A stretch of 41,918 nucleotides of DNA from Candidatus Zixiibacteriota bacterium (GTDB lineage: Bacteria > Zixibacteria > MSB-5A5 > GN15 > FEB-12), in the NCBI GenBank assembly GCA_029858555.1, contig JAOUEU010000002.1, positions 1 through 41,918 of the forward strand, read 5' to 3'. The stretch's first letter is position 1. Every line of letters starts with the position of its first letter. Positions 37,527-41,918 of the stretch are shown in pieces. Under the pieces are notes generated by a model that had not been told where the DNA came from, searched no databases, and was given only the letters and a program-made list of their open reading frames with translations. The position numbers were made by a program, and so were the translations under genes.

Positions 37527-38279
37527 TCATATGATTGGCAGAATGCCGTTAGGATCAAATTCCGCTTTTATTTTGCGCGAGTAAACGGCGTCGGGCGCGC
37601 TGTTGGCCTCATCGAGTCCGGCCAGGAAGTCTTTCCGGTCGTTGGCTTTCTGCCGCATCGATGCGTACTCCCCGGCGGCGCTGATCGGCATAACCCGGAA
37701 GGTGGCGTTGACGATGAATCCCAGAAGCCCCCATGATCCTGAAAAGATCTTGACGATGTCGTATCCGGATACCGATTTGAAGCACGGCGAGCCGGGTTTT
37801 ATTATCTCACCCTCGGGCGTGACCACCTCGGCTTGGACGAAGTACTTCTTCAACGGAAGATCATGACCGTGAAAATCGGACGACAAACCCGCCGCGACAG
37901 CTCCGCCCACCGAACCGACATACGGCAGCGAGGAGTGCGGCAGCCACAGATTATGCGTGGCCAGGTGCTTGTTTATTTCTCTCAGGGGGTAGCCGGAACC
38001 GACCCGGACGTAGAAGTCGACAGGGGAGACCTGCAGCAACTGGTTGAGCCGGTCATTGCGGATTGAGACCATGTCCACGAAGGGTTCTCCCAGCGGGTCG
38101 ATGTTGTTGCCGAAGCCGGTGATGTAGAGCCTCTGCCGGTGACGGTTGGCCAGTTGGAAAAGCTTGGCTGCCTCTTCGGCTGATTCGGGATGAAAGGTCG
38201 CCACGGATTTCTGGTAAGTAAGCCGATCCTCCGGAAACTCGGCCTTGATGATTTCAATGAACGCCTCGAGTCGATTCAT
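37527..38279 (-). CDS. FAD-binding (FAD_binding_4, GlcE-like) oxidoreductase subunit
   Basis: LYITGFGNNIDP, VRVGSGYPLREINKHL, VGSVGGAVAAGLS, GYDIVKIFSGSWGLLGFIV and the C-terminal FDPNGIL. Confidence 0.6.
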   Translation of the reverse strand: MNRLEAFIEIIKAEFPEDRLTYQKSVATFHPESAEEAAKLFQLANRHRQRLYITGFGNNIDPLGEPFVDMVSIRNDRLNQLLQVSPVDFYVRVGSGYPLREINKHLATHNLWLPHSSLPYVGSVGGAVAAGLSSDFHGHDLPLKKYFVQAEVVTPEGEIIKPGSPCFKSVSGYDIVKIFSGSWGLLGFIVNATFRVMPISAAGEYASMRQKANDRKDFLAGLDEANSAPDAVYSRKIKAEFDPNGILPII

Positions 38280-38375
38280 GAAACAAAAATATCCAAAACA
38301 ACGGCGTTGTCAACTTGTGGAAAAAAAGAATTGATTCAATTGACGACACCCGTCCCCGACGATAGATTGTGACTC

Positions 38376-40385
38376 ATGTCACTCAAACACATGCTCTTGT
38401 CTCTGTCCCTGGGATTCACGCTGATGCTCCTGGGCGTGTTTTCCTTCTATCCCGCCGAAGCCATGTGGGGATTCAACCATTTGCACTTCCTCTCCGGAAC
38501 TGCGGCCGTCTTCTTCGGTCTCGTCGTGCTGCTCTGGGGCTACTTCACAATTGCTCCTCTTCCCGACAAACGGCTCGAAGCCGTCCTGAGTGGCATTGAT
38601 CGCCGCCTCTGGGGCACGGCAGTCTGGCCACGATTGCTGCTGGTTGCGGTCGCTGCAGCATTGTTTTACATATTCCGGGTCAAAGTGCATCTCCTCGGTG
38701 ACAGCTACACCTGCCTGGCCGTCTTCGGGCAGGGTGAAGCCTACATCCATAAATTTGCCGAACCGGGGTCCATCTATCTTGTCCGGCTCATCCAAAGCGC
38801 GCTGGGCGGCTATACCCGCGATACGACGCTCTGGACCTTCCAGATTCTCTCCATCGCCTCCGGTGCGGTGTTTATCTACAATGCCGTCTCAATAATCGGT
38901 CGGCTCTGCCGCACGGCGCCTCTGCGGCTTCTGGGTCTGTTCAGCCTGCTGCTGTCCGGCGCGGTCCTTTTGTTTTTCGGCTATGTCGAATTCTATCCCA
39001 TCGCGTGGGCAGCCTCCGCGGTGTTCATCAATCTGTCACTGGCTTCCGTCCATAAACCTCGCCTGCTGTGGCTGGCTGCGGCGGCCTTTGTTGTCGCGGG
39101 GCTGATGCATCTTCAGACGATCTACTTCCTGCCGGGACTGGCTTACCTGGTTGTTCACAGTGTCAAGTGGCCGTCTGTCAGAAAGGCTGGCTATGCGCTT
39201 TTCGGCCTGGGGGCCGCCGCCGGCATAGCGCTCTTCGTGTGGCTGTACCGGACCAGGGTGGAATTCGAAATTCTCATTCTGCCGCCGCTGTCGGGGCGGC
39301 CGATAGCCCCCGATTATACCGTTTTTAGTGCCCTTCACCTGCTGGACCTGGCCAACATCACCCTGCTGGTTTTACCGGGTGCACTCTTTCTTTTTCTTCT
39401 GTGGATTTTATGTGGCCGGAAAGATTTCCGCGATCCTATCGCTTTGTTATTGCTTTTTCTTTCGCTCGGCTCGCTGGCGTTTTTGTGCCTCTTCGGCGCG
39501 GCCATAACGATGGGCCGCGATTGGGATGTCATGTCGCTGAGTTTCTTCGCGCCGCTGTTGCTGGCCCTCTACCAGGTGGAGCGGCGGGGGAGAAGCCTGC
39601 CCGTGCGCGTTCTTTTTAACTACATCGTAGTCGTTGGCTTTGCCACCCTGTCCTTTCTGGCCGTGGCCACCGGTACCGAGTCCACCGAAAAACGTTACTA
39701 CACTCTCCTCAACGAGCGCAGCCGCAACGGCTGGATTATCTATGCCAACCATTTCCTCTTGAAACGTGATCTTGACCGCTACAAGGAATTGGTGCAGGAA
39801 TCAATGGACCGCTTCCCCGATTACCAGCAACTGCAAAAAGCCTATCAATATCTGGAAAACGGCGAATATGCCCGGGCTATGGAGCTGGCCCGGCCGCTGG
39901 CCGAGAAAGACCCCTACCAGGCCGATTTCCTCTCTCTGGTCGGTAACCTTTACGGCAAGCTCGGTCAGTATGACAAGGCCGAAGAATATTACCTGAGGGC
40001 GCTCAAGTTCCGGCCATACCTTTCTACTCTGATGAATGAACTGGGTCAGTTGTACATGGACGAGGGGAAGCACCACGAGGCTACTCAAATACTGAGGGAA
40101 GCTCATTCGCTGTCACCGGACAAGACCTTCATTACCGAGAGTCTGGCCCTGTCATTCATATACCAACAGCAGTTCGACTCGGCGCTGGCTTACGCCGATA
40201 CGTTGTTCGCCGCCGACCGACATTCACCGGGGGCGCACCTGATAAATGTTACAGTGGCCCTGAATCTGGACGACCGGCAGACGGCCAGGCAACATCTGAA
40301 AGAGTATATGAAATACGGCCGGGACCGCTCCGACTACGAGCGCATCAAAGAATTTTACGGCTACCTGCTGGAAGGTAACGACTAA
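38376..40385 (+). CDS. Polytopic membrane protein (about 10 or more TM helices) with C-terminal TPR domain
   Basis: The first ~430 aa are dominated by hydrophobic helices. The last ~200 aa carry TPR units (YARAMELARPLAEKDP, YDKAEEYYLRALKFRP, HHEATQILREAHSLSP). The architecture recalls PMT/ArnT-like or DUF2723-type glycosyltransferases, but I cannot confirm that assignment. Confidence 0.6.
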   Translation: MSLKHMLLSLSLGFTLMLLGVFSFYPAEAMWGFNHLHFLSGTAAVFFGLVVLLWGYFTIAPLPDKRLEAVLSGIDRRLWGTAVWPRLLLVAVAAALFYIFRVKVHLLGDSYTCLAVFGQGEAYIHKFAEPGSIYLVRLIQSALGGYTRDTTLWTFQILSIASGAVFIYNAVSIIGRLCRTAPLRLLGLFSLLLSGAVLLFFGYVEFYPIAWAASAVFINLSLASVHKPRLLWLAAAAFVVAGLMHLQTIYFLPGLAYLVVHSVKWPSVRKAGYALFGLGAAAGIALFVWLYRTRVEFEILILPPLSGRPIAPDYTVFSALHLLDLANITLLVLPGALFLFLLWILCGRKDFRDPIALLLLFLSLGSLAFLCLFGAAITMGRDWDVMSLSFFAPLLLALYQVERRGRSLPVRVLFNYIVVVGFATLSFLAVATGTESTEKRYYTLLNERSRNGWIIYANHFLLKRDLDRYKELVQESMDRFPDYQQLQKAYQYLENGEYARAMELARPLAEKDPYQADFLSLVGNLYGKLGQYDKAEEYYLRALKFRPYLSTLMNELGQLYMDEGKHHEATQILREAHSLSPDKTFITESLALSFIYQQQFDSALAYADTLFAADRHSPGAHLINVTVALNLDDRQTARQHLKEYMKYGRDRSDYERIKEFYGYLLEGND

Positions 40386-40404
40386 CCGGGACAGGACGTA
40401 TCGC

Positions 40405-41918
40405 CTACGGGCAATCTTGCGGCGGCGGACCCGGAGGTATGCCGAACAGGTAGGCGACCAGGTACGTAATATCGGCGATGTTCGACTTTTCATCCAGATC
40501 GGAGTTGGCGTTTCCCTCGGCCGGACAGCCCGGGGGAGGGCCGGTCGGTATGCCGAATAAATACTTCACGAGATACGTAATGTCTGTAATGTTGCACTTG
40601 TCCTCGAGATCACTGTTGGCGTTGCCCCGTATGCCGGTGCAACAACAGGCATCCCCGATGCCGTCACCGTTGAAGTCCAGCTGTAACGGGTTGTAATCGA
40701 GGGGGCAATTGTCACAAAGGTTCCCTTTACCGTCCAGATCGCTGTCGCTCTGGTCGGGATTTGGCGTCGTCAGGCAGTTGTCCACCATATCCGGCACGCC
40801 GTCGTCATCAAAATCGGGTGGGGCTCCAACGGTAAAGCAATAGGGTCCTTCCCACACGGGGCTGACGGCGCCGGCAGTGTGCGTCATCCATTGCCAGGGC
40901 AAATAAAACTGCTCGGCCTTGTCCAGACAGATGGTCTTGCCGCTCTGCCCGGCATCAAACTGGGTCGTAATAGTATAAACATTCTCTGAGAAACCGGGCT
41001 CGAGTCCATCCTCCTGTTCGCCCAGCAGGGTCGCCACACCGCCGAAATCAATCGTATCGGCCCCGCTGCCGGTAATATGCAAATCATTGGCGAACAGGTT
41101 CGCGTCAAAGTAAGGGTAGACATTCCAGCCGGGGTAATAGACTTCCCAGCTTGATGTTCCCGAGTTATACCAGGGAAGATGCTCCAGTGGCTCCCAGGTG
41201 GCGCCGTCAGGGGAGTGTACACAAAAGGCGTTACGCACTGACCAGATATACCGGTTCTTTGCCGATGGATTGGTGAACTTGAGATAAAAAGTCACAGGCA
41301 CACCCGGCTTCAATTCGTCGGAGGTTCCCTCGACCAGTCCATCCACCGAGTCCAGTGCTATGATGAAATCCAGCGTGTCGGTATTGTCCTCGATGGTGAA
41401 GCAGTGTGGGCCGTCCCAGGTCGGTGTGATCCACTGCTGATCGAAGGTTTCCCACTTCCAGGAGGCATCCGGCGGACACGAGGCAGAGTCCAGGCACAGT
41501 GTTTTCCCGGCCTGGTCGGCATTTACCTGGGTTGAGATAGTATAGACAACGTCGGAGAATCCGGCAGGCAATCCATCGTCGCCTATAAAAACGGCCATGC
41601 ATAAGAACTGGAGAGAATCGGCGCCACTTCCGGTCACGCCGGATTCATCAACAATGATGATGCCAAAATAGTCGCTCCACTCCGAGTGATAGGATATCCA
41701 GTGATTGAGTGAAAGCTCGTACGGCACGTGTGTGAGCGGCTGCCACTGGGCACCGTCCGGGGAGTATACCCTGAAGCCGTTAAGGACGGATCGCAACGAA
41801 TCGCAGGACGGGGCGCAAGGATTCGAGAACTTGATGTAAAACGTGACCGGCGCGTCAATCGCTATCTCGCCCTTCCAGTTCAAACCGGAAACGCTGTCCA
41901 GGGAAACCGCACGGGTCT
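40405..41918 (-). CDS. Secreted or surface protein, C-terminal part only: at least 2 tandem ~165-aa domains of unknown function, thrombospondin type-3 repeats and two dockerin-like repeats
   Basis: The frame stays open upstream of the track TTG start to the window edge (..AVSLDSVSGLNWKGE parallels ..IIALDSVDGLVEGTS before repeat 2). TSP3 region: DDDGVPDMVDNCLTTPNPDQSDSDLDGKGNLCDNCPLDYNPLQLDFNGDGIGDAC. Dockerin-like repeats: GNANSDLEDKCNITDITYLVKYLFGIP and GNANSDLDEKSNIADITYLVAYLFGIP. Confidence 0.7.
   Translation of the reverse strand, partial: TRAVSLDSVSGLNWKGEIAIDAPVTFYIKFSNPCAPSCDSLRSVLNGFRVYSPDGAQWQPLTHVPYELSLNHWISYHSEWSDYFGIIIVDESGVTGSGADSLQFLCMAVFIGDDGLPAGFSDVVYTISTQVNADQAGKTLCLDSASCPPDASWKWETFDQQWITPTWDGPHCFTIEDNTDTLDFIIALDSVDGLVEGTSDELKPGVPVTFYLKFTNPSAKNRYIWSVRNAFCVHSPDGATWEPLEHLPWYNSGTSSWEVYYPGWNVYPYFDANLFANDLHITGSGADTIDFGGVATLLGEQEDGLEPGFSENVYTITTQFDAGQSGKTICLDKAEQFYLPWQWMTHTAGAVSPVWEGPYCFTVGAPPDFDDDGVPDMVDNCLTTPNPDQSDSDLDGKGNLCDNCPLDYNPLQLDFNGDGIGDACCCTGIRGNANSDLEDKCNITDITYLVKYLFGIPTGPPPGCPAEGNANSDLDEKSNIADITYLVAYLFGIPPGPPPQDCP

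Noticed and set aside
1-41918. Search for CRISPR arrays, IS elements or transposases, integrases, prophage genes, retron or DGR reverse transcriptases, restriction-modification systems and other defence islands.
   Set aside because: I saw no direct-repeat/spacer arrays, terminal inverted repeats or recombinase, reverse-transcriptase or nuclease-type ORFs. Every ORF longer than 200 aa has a plausible housekeeping or envelope assignment. The single tRNA gene is not flanked by integrase-like sequence.

Overview
This window is a 41.9-kb, gene-dense chromosomal segment from a fairly GC-rich Gram-negative-type bacterium (it carries LpxH and a PorV/PorQ-like outer-membrane barrel; GC was not computed). 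Content is mostly housekeeping. On the minus strand: purL, lpxH, nth, prmC, prfA, a DUF1385 gene, rpmE, a long co-directional train (gcvT, comB-like, TPR, BatA/VWA, ABC-F, flavoprotein, methyltransferase), acnA, priA, two exported TPR proteins, a DUF4139 gene and a squalene/phytoene-synthase-like gene. On the plus strand: the ispE-spoVG-tRNA-Gln-prs-rplY block, a GT4 glycosyltransferase, a cytidylate-kinase-like gene and a polytopic membrane/TPR protein. I saw no CRISPR array, IS element, integrase, phage block or recognisable defence or toxin system. The strongest non-obvious signal is at 731-1939 (minus). Two ORFs in the track are one reading frame interrupted only by a TGA. That TGA sits at the first Cys position of a thioredoxin-fold CxxC motif (U-Q-Y-C), and a GC hairpin follows 14 nt downstream. 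I read this as an exported thioredoxin-fold/TPR selenoprotein that ORF callers would split. Other points worth a second look: a 1-nt frameshift in the first Walker B motif of an ABC-F ATPase; a partial surface protein with tandem unknown domains, thrombospondin type-3 repeats and two dockerin-like repeats; a 215-nt gcvT leader with weak glycine-riboswitch-like elements; and a bacterial GIDE-domain membrane protein. All functional calls come from reading the translated ORFs and recalling family motifs. No database search was run.
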